DNA from: a virus | Taxonomy: Duplodnaviria; Caudoviricetes | Length of the DNA: 52,238 nt | Strand: one strand, 5' to 3' | IMG/VR virus record: IMGVR_UViG_3300048554_000415 | Coordinates: 1-52,238 of that record | Shown here: positions 16,373 through 27,691 of the stretch, piece after piece | Layout of the letters: each line of letters opens with the position of its first letter | Position numbering within the stretch: the stretch's first letter is position 1 | Notes under the pieces: model-generated | The model's database searches: none | What the model was told of the DNA's origin: nothing | What the model saw: the letters and a program-made list of their open reading frames with translations, nothing else | Made by a program: the position numbers and the translations under genes

Positions 16373-19300
16373 TGAACGAACGCACATCAAAACCAATAAT
16401 TGCTCCTAAGATAACAAGACCTGGAGAAAGCCTTGAACATAAAGGTAGCAGACGTGTAACAGAATTATTGCCTGACATTTTACAAACAACAGTAAACAAA
16501 CAATTCTTTGATAGTACACTAGAGCAACTTATGTCAAGTGGTAGTCTCGAACCTATTAAATATTTTGTTGGCAACTCAGTAAGTACCACTACGTTCTCTC
16601 CTAGTATTGATGACAACTATCTACAAGACGGAAGAGATATTGATCCATATCAATTACAGCCAGGTATGGTTGCAAAAAACAATGACTCCACTATAAATGA
16701 AACTTTAGTATACGATGACTTGATTCGTAGTTTAAAGTATAATGAAGTTGCTACAAACAATCACAATAAAGTTTTAAACGAAACAGGATACACACTTGAT
16801 ATTCCAATTAACTATGATATGTTTTTAAATTATCATAGGTACTATTGGGTAGTTGATGTACTACCTGTGTTAGAACTTGCGGCTCATGCCCCTTTTACCA
16901 ATTGGAATGTAGAAGAACTATTGGGAGAAACAGCTTACACAACTCGTGCTTTGACTAACGGTAAAACACTAACATTAGAAAATGGCATGCGTATTAGATT
17001 TAGCCCAACTGATGTAGCTAGATTTACGCAATTCAATTCAGGCAATACAACATTTACATCTAATGTTCAAAATGCAGGCACAGTGAAAATATATGTTAAC
17101 AATGTGTTAACAACTAGTGGCTGGACATATGATGGGCCTTCGGGTGTATTAACATTTACTTCTGCTCCCGCAGTTAATTCAGAGATAGAGATACATTCTT
17201 ATTATACCAGCGTAACTACTTTAGAACATGATGCTATCTATATTGTTGACGGAGTTGGCGAACCTACTGGTATAACACTTACAAAACAATTTGAACCGGG
17301 ACAGTTCGAAGGACAGCAAGGTAAACGTACTTGGTTAAACGTAACAACTTATAGTGCTCAAGAGCCCGGCGAATTTGACGCAGACACAATGAGTTTTGAT
17401 TTTAGAGGATTTGATCTCAGAGAACATAGAATGACAACTAGAGATTATTCTGTAGAGCAAAGACAATCACAAGATAAAAGTGCATGGAGTCGAAGTAATT
17501 TATGGGTACATGAATCTACTATCCAGACAGTATTAACACATTTAGATATAACTAATGATGTTTACACACTTGAAAAATACAAAGCAACACGACCTATTAT
17601 AGAATTCAAAGCAAATATTGAAAAAAGTGACTTTGGTAAAACACATATTGTCAATGTTGAACACAGTTTAGAATCAACTAATGATCCTGGAATAGAAATA
17701 GTTGGACAAACAAGTTACAGTGTAATGCTAAACGGATTCACTACTGAGTGGTTTTCAGCCAAAGGTTATGACAGAGGCGACAAAGTAAAACTAACTAGAG
17801 GACAAGCTCCAAATCAAATTATTACCTATTACGAATGTGTGCAAGCTCACGGCGACCCAGCAGATCCTAGTTTAGGATCTAATGCAGATTTATGGGAAAG
17901 AGTTATTCCTATAGAAGTTGAAGACGAAGATTTAATAATATTCTTTGGAAGTTCAAATGCTACATACAATAACAAAATTTGGAAAATCGGCGGCGTTGGC
18001 ACAAGTATAACTTTAACTGAAACTTATAACTTTGATGGAAGCAACAGTGCAACGCAAATTAACAACGATGATAAAATTGTTGTTCTCAACGGATTTAATA
18101 CACTAGATACTACTCACTTGGGTGATATTTCCAAGTCAAACATTGATGCTCCTATAAGTGGATCTGAATTGTATTGGGATGGTAGTAAATGGAAATACGG
18201 ACAGCAAAAACAACATAGAAGTCAAAGTTTTAAAGCAAACTTATATGATGCTGATTTAGAATACATGGACAACTCCACAAAATATCCTAACAGTGATTTC
18301 TTTGGTGCTACTATATTTGATTTTGTACACAGCGAAACAGGTCAATTTGATGATCCGCTAGGGTTCAAACCAGAGTATGTAGACTATGGTAATAATCCAG
18401 GATTAAATTTTAAAATGGATCTGTTAACTAAACGTTTTACTTGGATTAAACAAAGCATAAATGAAAGTAAAAGTAATCAAATTGAAATAGACGGATATTA
18501 CTACTATAGATATTTGGACACAGATAGATATCACAACGGCTGGTCTCCTATTAGGAATGGTCAGGTAGTTAGAAAACAATTAAGAAAAGCAGTTACTGAT
18601 TCAACAGTTCCACTTAGAGTTGATGTTGGACATGCAAACTTTGTTGGAGATAGATGCTACAGCTTTGTAAAAGTAGCCTCTGCTTCGTTCCAGCAGGCTG
18701 GTAGCAGTCTAAGTGTATACAGTCAACCAGAAGCTGACGTTAATTTAGGAAGAGTCAATTTAATTGGTGGCAAACTACCAACATTGTTCTTCTATCACAA
18801 CAACACTTATCAAATAAACACACTTTTCCCACAAGCTGAAATAGAATTTGTGAACATGGATGGTACCGCAACTAGTGCTGTCAGTAGGACAGCTGGTGTA
18901 GGTAATAGTTTTAATCTATCTATTGCAACACCTACTGAAAATAGTATAAAGTACAGAATGGTTGCTGATCCTACGATTGCTGGTGTAATATACTTGAGTA
19001 ATAACCCAAGCGAAACTAGTGTTAATGTTCGTAAAAACGGAGAACCGTTTACAAATTATAGTCATACAGGTAATGTTATTAGTATAACAAGCGGACTTAA
19101 AAATGACGATGTGTACGATTTTGATTTTTATACAGATAGAGAATATGCCAGTGAAGGTGAAGGAGACCATCAGGTTGCTTCAACACAGTTCAATAACCCA
19201 CAAAATAAAGACTTTGGAAAACTAAGTTTTGGAGATATGGTTGAACATATCAGACTAACACTAACAGCTAATCCACTACTAACTGGAGATTGGTTTGGTG

Positions 19301-22300
19301 TAAACAACTACAGAAATATTCCACATGTTCATAACTTTGCAGGAGCTATTAGACAGCAACCTTATTCAACAGAACTATTGAATCAACTATTGGTTGATAA
19401 TAATACAAATCCGTATAGTGCGTTACAGTTTAATAGTGCAAGCTACCAACAGTTTCTTGACAAATTTAAACTAAAACTTGTACAGCTACACAAAGATATG
19501 GAAATAAGTCAACCTGTTTGGTTACTAGTTGACAAAGCATTAGAAGCCTTGCATTTAGGTAAAAATAAATCTAGTGCATTTTCTAATAGTGAAATGTTAA
19601 TGTACAGAGATTATAAAGAAATCACACACGATGTAAGCAATGCTACCAATGTTTATAATTTACCTGAAGAAATAAACACCTATAGTGATACACAAAATCA
19701 TATCCAAGTTTGGCTCAGAGACGTAGACATAGCTGGCGACTATAGATGGAGAGCATTAACAGCTTGGGCAGATTATACAATTGAAGAAGGCACTCGTGTA
19801 AAACTTATAACTGGTGTTAATTATTATAATCAGGTTGCTCAGTTACATGTTAGATGGTATAAAAGAGGTAGTAATAGTTTTGTTCCTCCTAGTGCAGTTA
19901 AACTAGGATTAATTAAACCATTTGTTCCAGAGCTTAGAAGCGACTATAGTAAAGATAGTACAGGTCAAACTACTGATAGAGTTATTATAGGACATGATGG
20001 TAATGTTCATGTACGCAACGGAACAGAACTGTTTAATAGAACTCTAGTAGGATTTGATCCAATAGATGCAGGTTTATGGGATTTGGAACTTAGAATCTAT
20101 AATAACTTACATGTTGACTTGGACAAAACACTTAATCAAAATGCATATAGACCTAATGCACACAGACCAGCAGTTTATACTTGGAAAGAGTATAACGATA
20201 CAATACGAAGTGAGTTTAACAAATACAAAACTAAAAATAACATCACAGAGTTAAACAGCGACACATACTATGATGGCAGTGACAAGTTTACTTGGAACTA
20301 TAGTAGTGTAGGTCCTGGCATTGGCGGCTGGAGAGGGTTGTATCATTATTATTTCAATACAGATAGACCGCATACACATCCTTGGGAGATGTTAGGGTAT
20401 AACAAAAGACCAACATGGTGGGATACACATTACAGTTGGACAGATGCACCAAAACGTGCGGCACTATTGTTGGCACTAAAGCACGGACATGTAAATGATC
20501 CTGATGAACCAGCTGAATATGATATTAATTATAGCTATATAAATTATACTTGGCAAACTTCTACACTTGTAACACTTACAGCAAACTTGAACGATCCGGT
20601 AGCATCTGGTATAGTACCTAACCCGGCAATAGAAGATAGACAAAAAGACTTTGTATTTGGCGACTGGGGTCCTGTAGAAAACGAATGGCGCAGAACTAGT
20701 GAATGTAAACTTGCAAACAGTTTGGCTTTTATGAGAACTAGACCCTTGGTTGCAATGAACAATTACTTTAGAACTGTACAGAGAAAAACCAATACTAATG
20801 CAAAGTATGATAGTCCTCAAATAGTAAATGCAAATGTTAATAAGTTAACATGCTGGAAAGACACAGATATTAGCGGATCTGCCGTTATTGGTAACATTAT
20901 CGAAAGTGTTAATATACTAAACCCAGGCAGTGGTTATAGTGGACCGCCTGCTATAGACATTAATGATAACTTTGGCATTAACGGGTCAATAAGATTGTTT
21001 GTAGAAAATGGCGAAATAATAAGTGCAAGAGTAATGAATCAAGGTAGCCAATATTACAATAAGCCAAGCATTACTCTTTCCAATGGGACAGGAAAACTTG
21101 AAGCTATTCTTAGTGGACAAGCAACTCACTATTACAATGGATTGAATAATAGTATTATAGACTTTGGTAAAACTTATGGCACCAATGCAGATGTACTCAG
21201 TGTTAGATTACGCAATACAAGTTTCCAGCCTATAATAAAAGCAGGCGGATACGTTAACAAAAACAATCAGTTTATCTTAGAAAGTAGTCAAGCTAAAGGT
21301 AAAGTTTTTATACCAGAAGAAAATGTGTCAACTTTGCTTTACACAGGTAAACCAGATGTTGAATACTTCTTTGGCGGAATTAAAATTGATAAAGTGGATA
21401 GAGGATATAAAGTATCGGGCTATGACAACAGTTTAGAATATTTTAACTATAATAAACCAAACAAAGCCAGTAATGCTATACTAGTTGAAGATGCCGCAAG
21501 TGAAAATATTTTTAGATATTCAGAATACGACACTAATGTTACTAAAATGGACTATAACACAGTTCTAACAACAAAACAAGATGTTTATGACTTTATACAA
21601 GGATATGGACATTATCTCAATCAACAAGGATTTACTCAACAGTGGAGATCTAGTGCTAATAATTTTATTATTTGGGCAGTTGGTTCAAGTGATATTACAC
21701 TAAAAGTTATTCCTGATCCTAGTAAAGTTACAGTATCGGATGGAGTAGACGGATACTTTGATAACATCGACAAAAAATATGATGGACTTTATAATATTAT
21801 AGATGCTAACGGAAATCAGCTTCCTGCGAATAGTCTTCTAATAGACAGAAAAAGTATGGAAACAGACAGTGAAACAGTGTTCCAAGTTAAAGACGCTGAT
21901 ACTGCACTTTACGGTATCAGACTTTATAAAGTTCAACTAGAACATATATTTGTATTGGACGAAATAACAAACTTTGATGATGTTGTGTATGACCAAACTA
22001 TAGCTCAAAAACACGATAGAATAATTTGGAGAGGTAGCAGAACTAAAGACTGGAATGGTAAATTATATTCACCAGGTTATATTGTTAATGATAATACAGT
22101 TATACCAAACTATGATACAGTTGCTAGAGAGGTAGATCAATATTATGGAAGAACTAATACACTAAGCAACAAACAAACAAGCGATATTGCTAGATTCAAT
22201 ATAGGTTATAACAAGCCTACATGGAGTGAAAACTTAGATTTAGATGATGACACACTATTTGAATTTACAAAAGGTAGTTATAATTATAAAGGCACACAAC

Positions 22301-25300
22301 ATGCATTAAAAGCATTTATGCGTAATCAAGAATTGTTTGACGGCGAAGCAAGTGCAGAGCTACTAGAGCAATGGGCGATTAGAACTGCTGACTTTGGAGA
22401 TCTAAGACGCAGAGACAATTTAGAATTTCAAATTCCAAAAGACTTACTAACTACAAATCCTCAACCTGTTAGATTTACTACAGGGTATAAGCACGATGTA
22501 CTAAGTGACTTGATTATTGACATAGGTTCAACTAGTCCTCTATTGATACACGATAGCGAGGACAATCAATTTGTTACTAGAGATGTAAACACATATAAGA
22601 AAACAGCAGACGAAAGATACTCTAATGACTTAACTACTGCTGGTTTACCTTTGCTGACAGAAACTGACTATAGAGTAATCAATAAGGATGACTTTGAAGT
22701 ATTTCCAGATGAAGTTAAAATTGTATACGATCACAGTGGTGATTGGAGAGATATCAATCAGTGGGATCCAAAACTTAGCTATAAATTTAATGACCAAGTA
22801 TTATACAAAGGTAAAACTTGGACAATGCTTGATCCAGATGGCAGTAGTGGACTAACAACTGCAAATAATCCTATTGAGATACACGGAGAAATAGTATTGC
22901 CTGTTGTACCTAGTAGTGGTCAAACATTAATAGTTGATGGTAACACAATAACACTAAACAAAAGTGCTACAAGTGAAACTTTAAATGCAATTACAGTTAC
23001 AGCTACTAACGATATTAAGAGTAGCAATGTAGTTGCTGATGGTAGTACTCTCATATTAGGTCAAACTAGTGCTACAACTACTTCTGTAATTTTTAATAAC
23101 AGTGTTACAACAACTACTTTTAAAGACATTGAAAAAATAGGTAATGTTATTAACCCAACAATCACAGGCGATCCTAGTGCTACATTGATTATTGATGGTC
23201 AAACTGTAACATTCGCTGATTCGGGAACTCCTGTAACTAATAACATTACATCTCAGCAAGCATTTGAAAATGCTTTTAACACAAGCTGGATTCAAAATCA
23301 AAGTACTATTTCATCTACAGCAACAATTAGATGTACTAGAATAGAAGCATTACGTTCAGCATATATCACACAGTTTAGCCAATCTGCTTGGAACAGCTGG
23401 ATCCAAACATACTTTGCAAATAATGCTGGAATTAATATAAGTCACTTGGTCGCACTAGTTACTCTAGGAGGCAGTACACAAACAGCGGCACAGTTTATGT
23501 TAGATCAAGATTTGACTTTGATTAACAATATTAGAGGAACATCTTATCTCGGAACAACTGTTGGCGATGGTAGTGTTGTTGTTAGTCCTGCAGATATAAC
23601 TGCAACACAAGGTGCTCTTAATAATGGAACTTATACAGCTGACATTGCAGTTTATTTACAAACGTCTCTAGGAACTACAACTGCATTCACCAACACTACA
23701 GTTGTTAAACAAATTACAACTACAGGCTTGTTGACCTATGCACTCAGTGATATTGTACAAGAAATTAATGATGCAGGTATTCCAAACGTTACTGCTAGTG
23801 CAACCAGTAGCAGTCAACTTAAACTTACTAAAACAACAAACGATCCATCATCATCATTTACATTACAAATTAGCGTTGGTACACAAAATGCAAATGTTGG
23901 TTTTAGTACAGCGGTAGAAACTAAAACTTCGGGTAGTGAGAGTATAACCTCAACACCTCCTCTAACTCAACAACAAGTGATTGATCAAATTAACCAAGCA
24001 GGTATTAGTGGTATAAGTGCTCAAGCTGGCGCAAACAATAATAATCTGTTACAAATTAACTGTGTTCTTTCAAGTTTGTTTATTGGCTCAGGAACAGCTA
24101 ATAGTGCAATTGGAATGCCAACTGGATTGGTGCCAGCTACAAAAACTGTCACTACTAGTACTGTAGGACTTAATCTAACTGACATTGTTGAAAAGGCAAA
24201 CGCCGCAAATATCTCTGGTGTTACTTTTACAAATCAGCAGAATAAACTTTACATAACCAGTATTAATAGTATACTAACTATTGGTGCAGGAACAGCAAAC
24301 GCAACAATAGGTCTAACCGCACAGACATTTAGTGCAACACAATCAGGTATTAGTAATGTGTTTAATGCTATAGCGGGCAGTGACGGAAATCCTATGTTTA
24401 GAGACGTCACAAACGATCCTAATGTGTTTAACATATGGGTTGCAGATGACAGTGAATTTGGATCATTTAATAAAGGTTACGAAGTTTATCAAACAATGGA
24501 TTTTGGAATGTATACTGATGATATTTGTTCTGGAATCGAAAGTGCCGACGAAGCACAAATAGATATAGTAAGACAAAGCGGAGATATACAAGCTCATAAC
24601 TTTGTTGTAGGTGATTATGTATTAATTAGAGGCAGTGATAGTGTACCTAGTATTGATGGAATACATCAAGTTACTAAAGTTGATACAAATAATCAAGCAC
24701 GTTTTTATATAGATGAGTTCATTGAAACAAACGGGTCTGTTGGAAACATTTATCCTTTAAGAAAGATGCGTTTTGGTACATATGCAGAATTAGAAGCAGA
24801 TAGACAAACAAGATTACTAAAAGGCGTTGAAGATCCAAATGGTGTATACAAGTATAATTTTGCTGATGTTAGACAAACAAATGCACTTAATTCAATTTAT
24901 GCTTTCGTAGATGATGATGGAACAGAAACAAGTGCAGTGTATGCATGGGAAGGTTCTTGGAACGATACAAACGGTCATATAGGTCAATGGAAGCAAGTTA
25001 GAACTGGTATTAGACAGGCAAGAAATGATATAGTTGCAAACGTTAAGATTTATGATGCTGAAAAACAAACAACACTTACTAATATAGAAGTTTTTGATCC
25101 AGCTAAAGGTATTATATTTGGTTTTGTTGATAACGAAATCGATTATAAAAACAATACTGATTTGGCAAACTACAACTTCAATACATTAGACGGTGCAGTA
25201 GAAAATGTAAACAGTTGGGGAAGAGATTTCTTAGGAAAACGTTGGTGGAATACCAGTACCGCAGTTTACTTGGACTACGAACAAAGCACAATCGATTACC

Positions 25301-27681
25301 AGCAAAACAACTGGGGTAAACTGTTTGACGGTGCAAGCATAGACATATATGAATGGACAGCAAGTCCTGTACTTCCTGAACAATGGGAAAATATAGTAAT
25401 TGCAAAAACTATAATAGATGGACAAGAAGCTAGTGGTGAAGCATTATCCAATGTAATCAATGGACAAACAATTTATAACTGGACTGAAGAATCATACTAT
25501 AATGAAAGAAAGAAACAGTCTGAAACAATTTACTATTTCTGGGTAAAAAACAAAACTACTTCTCCTAGAAACAGAAACTATAACACATTGCAAATTAGTT
25601 TGATATTACAAAATCCAGACAGCTTTAATATTACATGGGCCGCACAAGCTGGAGAAAATGCTTACTTGTTTTCAAATATAGAAAACTTTATATCTGATAA
25701 CACAGTTATACAACTTAATGGTGGTAGATCCTTTAAACAATTCCAAAGCCTGAGAAAAGGACTTGCAATGCAAGATTGGATAATGTTAGCTGAAAACGAT
25801 CCCAACGTTACTATTCCAGAATATTTACATATTAAGATAAGGGATAGTTTAGCAGGCTTCAATGCATTTAGTATTGATAAACCTTTTACAACTTGGAGTA
25901 GTGCGACTGTGTATGCCGACAATGAAGTAGTTAAAGAAGGTGCAAATTACTACATAAGTCTAACAGCTAACAATCAAAATGAACAACCAAGCAACGACAC
26001 AGACATGACTCATTGGAGTAGGATTTACGATTATAGTTTGGTTGAAAAAACTGAAGCAGATGATATAAGAATTTGGAGAGGACAACCTGTTCCAGATCTA
26101 AAATTACACAAGTTTGCTAGATATGGATTTTTAACTAGACCTAGACAAAGTTTGTATAGAAATGTAAAAGACGCTAGACAAAACTTCGTTCATAGTGTAA
26201 ACTCTTTATTAAGTGAAGTTAACGTTGTTGATGAGATTAACACCTGGAAATCTGCATTCCAAGAAACATTTGTTGAAGGCTCAGTTACATATCATGTAGA
26301 AGATTATGTAAATTTAGTTGATTGGCATTTAGTTGAAAAAGATACTGACGGTAATGTGACATATAGGTTTAATCCTAATACAGTAGCTGACTTGGTATAC
26401 AACACCAAAGCAGAGTATATAGCCGCAGGAGAACCTGAAGCTGACGGAACTTATGTATTAATTAAAGGGTCAAGTCCGGGTGCAGATATAAACAGAGAAG
26501 AAATGTATCACTATATAGATGGCACAGATAAACTTGTTTATAAAGAAAAAGCAACGGTAGAACTTAGTGAAGAAATGTGGAATCAAGCCAAGTTTGGCAA
26601 CGGATTTGATGCTATTGGTTATGATGTAAATCCATACGATTCATGTAGTGACAATGTAATTGCTAGAGTTATGGATATAATCAGAACAAAAATATTTACT
26701 GGTAGACATCATGTTAAGTACAACAAGCTATGGTTTAAAATGTTGTTTACAGCTATAACACAAAATACAGCAGATGACTTTGCATTTAAAACTACACATA
26801 CTCATTTGGGAGTAAAACGTCCGTTGTTGTTGAATAAAAATAAATTTCAAACATACGATATAGAAAAAGTAGAAAATTTTGTTAACAATATTAAACCGTT
26901 CCATACAAAATTACTGAGCAGTATGGAAAGCAATACACACAGCGAAGCTACAAATATTGAAATAGAGGATATTACTCGTAATAATATTATAACTATGAAA
27001 TATGAAGATCATAGTACAAGAACGTGGGACGGAGACGAAGTACTAACCGGAGGCGACTTCACTAGCACACTTACAAACGTAGATAGTTCATTGTTTACAA
27101 CACAACAAGCTGATTTAGAATTTGAATATAACGGTAATGTGTTTGTACAGCCAGTACTAGAAGGCTGGGGCGAAGAGCTTATGCCTGTAGATTATACAGA
27201 GAATATTAGTATACTAGTACAAACTAATGTTAGCGGTAGTGGATTTACAGCGGATAGTAGAGCATTTAGAATGAACATATATCAGCCCGCTGACATACAT
27301 CAAAGCACAGTTATAGTAGATGCAAATAAAACTTTCTTAGCAACAAATTGTACTGTTTTTGATACTGAACTTGACTTAAACACTGTTACTGGAATGCCAG
27401 CAAGTGGATTTGTTTGGATTGAAAATGAAAGAGTAGAGTATGGTGCAATAGACGGAAACGTACTAAAGTTTTGCACAAGAGGCACAAAAGGAACATCAGC
27501 ACTGGCACATTCTACTGGCGCAGTCGTTGAAGCTGAAGAAGTGATACCAACAGTAGAAAAATTCTCACACTACGGCGACGGCTTGCGTTTAGCATACAAC
27601 GATAGTGGTGTAAGTCTTGCTTCGGCAGGAACTACGCCTGAACATGCATTCATTAGAAATGCAGGCGCAGGAACGATATAA
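16372..27681 (+). CDS. Giant (3769 aa) baseplate wedge/fibre protein, in the gp7 position
   Basis: Uninterrupted ORF coupled to gp6 (TAATG). Contains INYDMFLNYHRYYW, HTHPWEMLG, C-terminal IKPFHTK, beta-sandwich modules and CBM-like repeats. Confidence 0.75.
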   Translation: MNERTSKPIIAPKITRPGESLEHKGSRRVTELLPDILQTTVNKQFFDSTLEQLMSSGSLEPIKYFVGNSVSTTTFSPSIDDNYLQDGRDIDPYQLQPGMVAKNNDSTINETLVYDDLIRSLKYNEVATNNHNKVLNETGYTLDIPINYDMFLNYHRYYWVVDVLPVLELAAHAPFTNWNVEELLGETAYTTRALTNGKTLTLENGMRIRFSPTDVARFTQFNSGNTTFTSNVQNAGTVKIYVNNVLTTSGWTYDGPSGVLTFTSAPAVNSEIEIHSYYTSVTTLEHDAIYIVDGVGEPTGITLTKQFEPGQFEGQQGKRTWLNVTTYSAQEPGEFDADTMSFDFRGFDLREHRMTTRDYSVEQRQSQDKSAWSRSNLWVHESTIQTVLTHLDITNDVYTLEKYKATRPIIEFKANIEKSDFGKTHIVNVEHSLESTNDPGIEIVGQTSYSVMLNGFTTEWFSAKGYDRGDKVKLTRGQAPNQIITYYECVQAHGDPADPSLGSNADLWERVIPIEVEDEDLIIFFGSSNATYNNKIWKIGGVGTSITLTETYNFDGSNSATQINNDDKIVVLNGFNTLDTTHLGDISKSNIDAPISGSELYWDGSKWKYGQQKQHRSQSFKANLYDADLEYMDNSTKYPNSDFFGATIFDFVHSETGQFDDPLGFKPEYVDYGNNPGLNFKMDLLTKRFTWIKQSINESKSNQIEIDGYYYYRYLDTDRYHNGWSPIRNGQVVRKQLRKAVTDSTVPLRVDVGHANFVGDRCYSFVKVASASFQQAGSSLSVYSQPEADVNLGRVNLIGGKLPTLFFYHNNTYQINTLFPQAEIEFVNMDGTATSAVSRTAGVGNSFNLSIATPTENSIKYRMVADPTIAGVIYLSNNPSETSVNVRKNGEPFTNYSHTGNVISITSGLKNDDVYDFDFYTDREYASEGEGDHQVASTQFNNPQNKDFGKLSFGDMVEHIRLTLTANPLLTGDWFGVNNYRNIPHVHNFAGAIRQQPYSTELLNQLLVDNNTNPYSALQFNSASYQQFLDKFKLKLVQLHKDMEISQPVWLLVDKALEALHLGKNKSSAFSNSEMLMYRDYKEITHDVSNATNVYNLPEEINTYSDTQNHIQVWLRDVDIAGDYRWRALTAWADYTIEEGTRVKLITGVNYYNQVAQLHVRWYKRGSNSFVPPSAVKLGLIKPFVPELRSDYSKDSTGQTTDRVIIGHDGNVHVRNGTELFNRTLVGFDPIDAGLWDLELRIYNNLHVDLDKTLNQNAYRPNAHRPAVYTWKEYNDTIRSEFNKYKTKNNITELNSDTYYDGSDKFTWNYSSVGPGIGGWRGLYHYYFNTDRPHTHPWEMLGYNKRPTWWDTHYSWTDAPKRAALLLALKHGHVNDPDEPAEYDINYSYINYTWQTSTLVTLTANLNDPVASGIVPNPAIEDRQKDFVFGDWGPVENEWRRTSECKLANSLAFMRTRPLVAMNNYFRTVQRKTNTNAKYDSPQIVNANVNKLTCWKDTDISGSAVIGNIIESVNILNPGSGYSGPPAIDINDNFGINGSIRLFVENGEIISARVMNQGSQYYNKPSITLSNGTGKLEAILSGQATHYYNGLNNSIIDFGKTYGTNADVLSVRLRNTSFQPIIKAGGYVNKNNQFILESSQAKGKVFIPEENVSTLLYTGKPDVEYFFGGIKIDKVDRGYKVSGYDNSLEYFNYNKPNKASNAILVEDAASENIFRYSEYDTNVTKMDYNTVLTTKQDVYDFIQGYGHYLNQQGFTQQWRSSANNFIIWAVGSSDITLKVIPDPSKVTVSDGVDGYFDNIDKKYDGLYNIIDANGNQLPANSLLIDRKSMETDSETVFQVKDADTALYGIRLYKVQLEHIFVLDEITNFDDVVYDQTIAQKHDRIIWRGSRTKDWNGKLYSPGYIVNDNTVIPNYDTVAREVDQYYGRTNTLSNKQTSDIARFNIGYNKPTWSENLDLDDDTLFEFTKGSYNYKGTQHALKAFMRNQELFDGEASAELLEQWAIRTADFGDLRRRDNLEFQIPKDLLTTNPQPVRFTTGYKHDVLSDLIIDIGSTSPLLIHDSEDNQFVTRDVNTYKKTADERYSNDLTTAGLPLLTETDYRVINKDDFEVFPDEVKIVYDHSGDWRDINQWDPKLSYKFNDQVLYKGKTWTMLDPDGSSGLTTANNPIEIHGEIVLPVVPSSGQTLIVDGNTITLNKSATSETLNAITVTATNDIKSSNVVADGSTLILGQTSATTTSVIFNNSVTTTTFKDIEKIGNVINPTITGDPSATLIIDGQTVTFADSGTPVTNNITSQQAFENAFNTSWIQNQSTISSTATIRCTRIEALRSAYITQFSQSAWNSWIQTYFANNAGINISHLVALVTLGGSTQTAAQFMLDQDLTLINNIRGTSYLGTTVGDGSVVVSPADITATQGALNNGTYTADIAVYLQTSLGTTTAFTNTTVVKQITTTGLLTYALSDIVQEINDAGIPNVTASATSSSQLKLTKTTNDPSSSFTLQISVGTQNANVGFSTAVETKTSGSESITSTPPLTQQQVIDQINQAGISGISAQAGANNNNLLQINCVLSSLFIGSGTANSAIGMPTGLVPATKTVTTSTVGLNLTDIVEKANAANISGVTFTNQQNKLYITSINSILTIGAGTANATIGLTAQTFSATQSGISNVFNAIAGSDGNPMFRDVTNDPNVFNIWVADDSEFGSFNKGYEVYQTMDFGMYTDDICSGIESADEAQIDIVRQSGDIQAHNFVVGDYVLIRGSDSVPSIDGIHQVTKVDTNNQARFYIDEFIETNGSVGNIYPLRKMRFGTYAELEADRQTRLLKGVEDPNGVYKYNFADVRQTNALNSIYAFVDDDGTETSAVYAWEGSWNDTNGHIGQWKQVRTGIRQARNDIVANVKIYDAEKQTTLTNIEVFDPAKGIIFGFVDNEIDYKNNTDLANYNFNTLDGAVENVNSWGRDFLGKRWWNTSTAVYLDYEQSTIDYQQNNWGKLFDGASIDIYEWTASPVLPEQWENIVIAKTIIDGQEASGEALSNVINGQTIYNWTEESYYNERKKQSETIYYFWVKNKTTSPRNRNYNTLQISLILQNPDSFNITWAAQAGENAYLFSNIENFISDNTVIQLNGGRSFKQFQSLRKGLAMQDWIMLAENDPNVTIPEYLHIKIRDSLAGFNAFSIDKPFTTWSSATVYADNEVVKEGANYYISLTANNQNEQPSNDTDMTHWSRIYDYSLVEKTEADDIRIWRGQPVPDLKLHKFARYGFLTRPRQSLYRNVKDARQNFVHSVNSLLSEVNVVDEINTWKSAFQETFVEGSVTYHVEDYVNLVDWHLVEKDTDGNVTYRFNPNTVADLVYNTKAEYIAAGEPEADGTYVLIKGSSPGADINREEMYHYIDGTDKLVYKEKATVELSEEMWNQAKFGNGFDAIGYDVNPYDSCSDNVIARVMDIIRTKIFTGRHHVKYNKLWFKMLFTAITQNTADDFAFKTTHTHLGVKRPLLLNKNKFQTYDIEKVENFVNNIKPFHTKLLSSMESNTHSEATNIEIEDITRNNIITMKYEDHSTRTWDGDEVLTGGDFTSTLTNVDSSLFTTQQADLEFEYNGNVFVQPVLEGWGEELMPVDYTENISILVQTNVSGSGFTADSRAFRMNIYQPADIHQSTVIVDANKTFLATNCTVFDTELDLNTVTGMPASGFVWIENERVEYGAIDGNVLKFCTRGTKGTSALAHSTGAVVEAEEVIPTVEKFSHYGDGLRLAYNDSGVSLASAGTTPEHAFIRNAGAGTI

Positions 27682-27684
27682 ATA
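27677..27684 (+). promoter_or_regulatory. T4-type late promoter TATAAATA
   Basis: Exact consensus overlapping the stop of the giant gene, 7 nt before the ATG at 27692. Confidence 0.7.
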
Positions 27685-27691
27685 CATTATA

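Noticed and set aside
27617-27691. Extended N-termini given by the ORF track (27617; also 1828, 31731, 37632, 41481, 47677)
   Set aside because: They overlap upstream genes or late promoters. Downstream ATGs coupled to the previous stop fit better.
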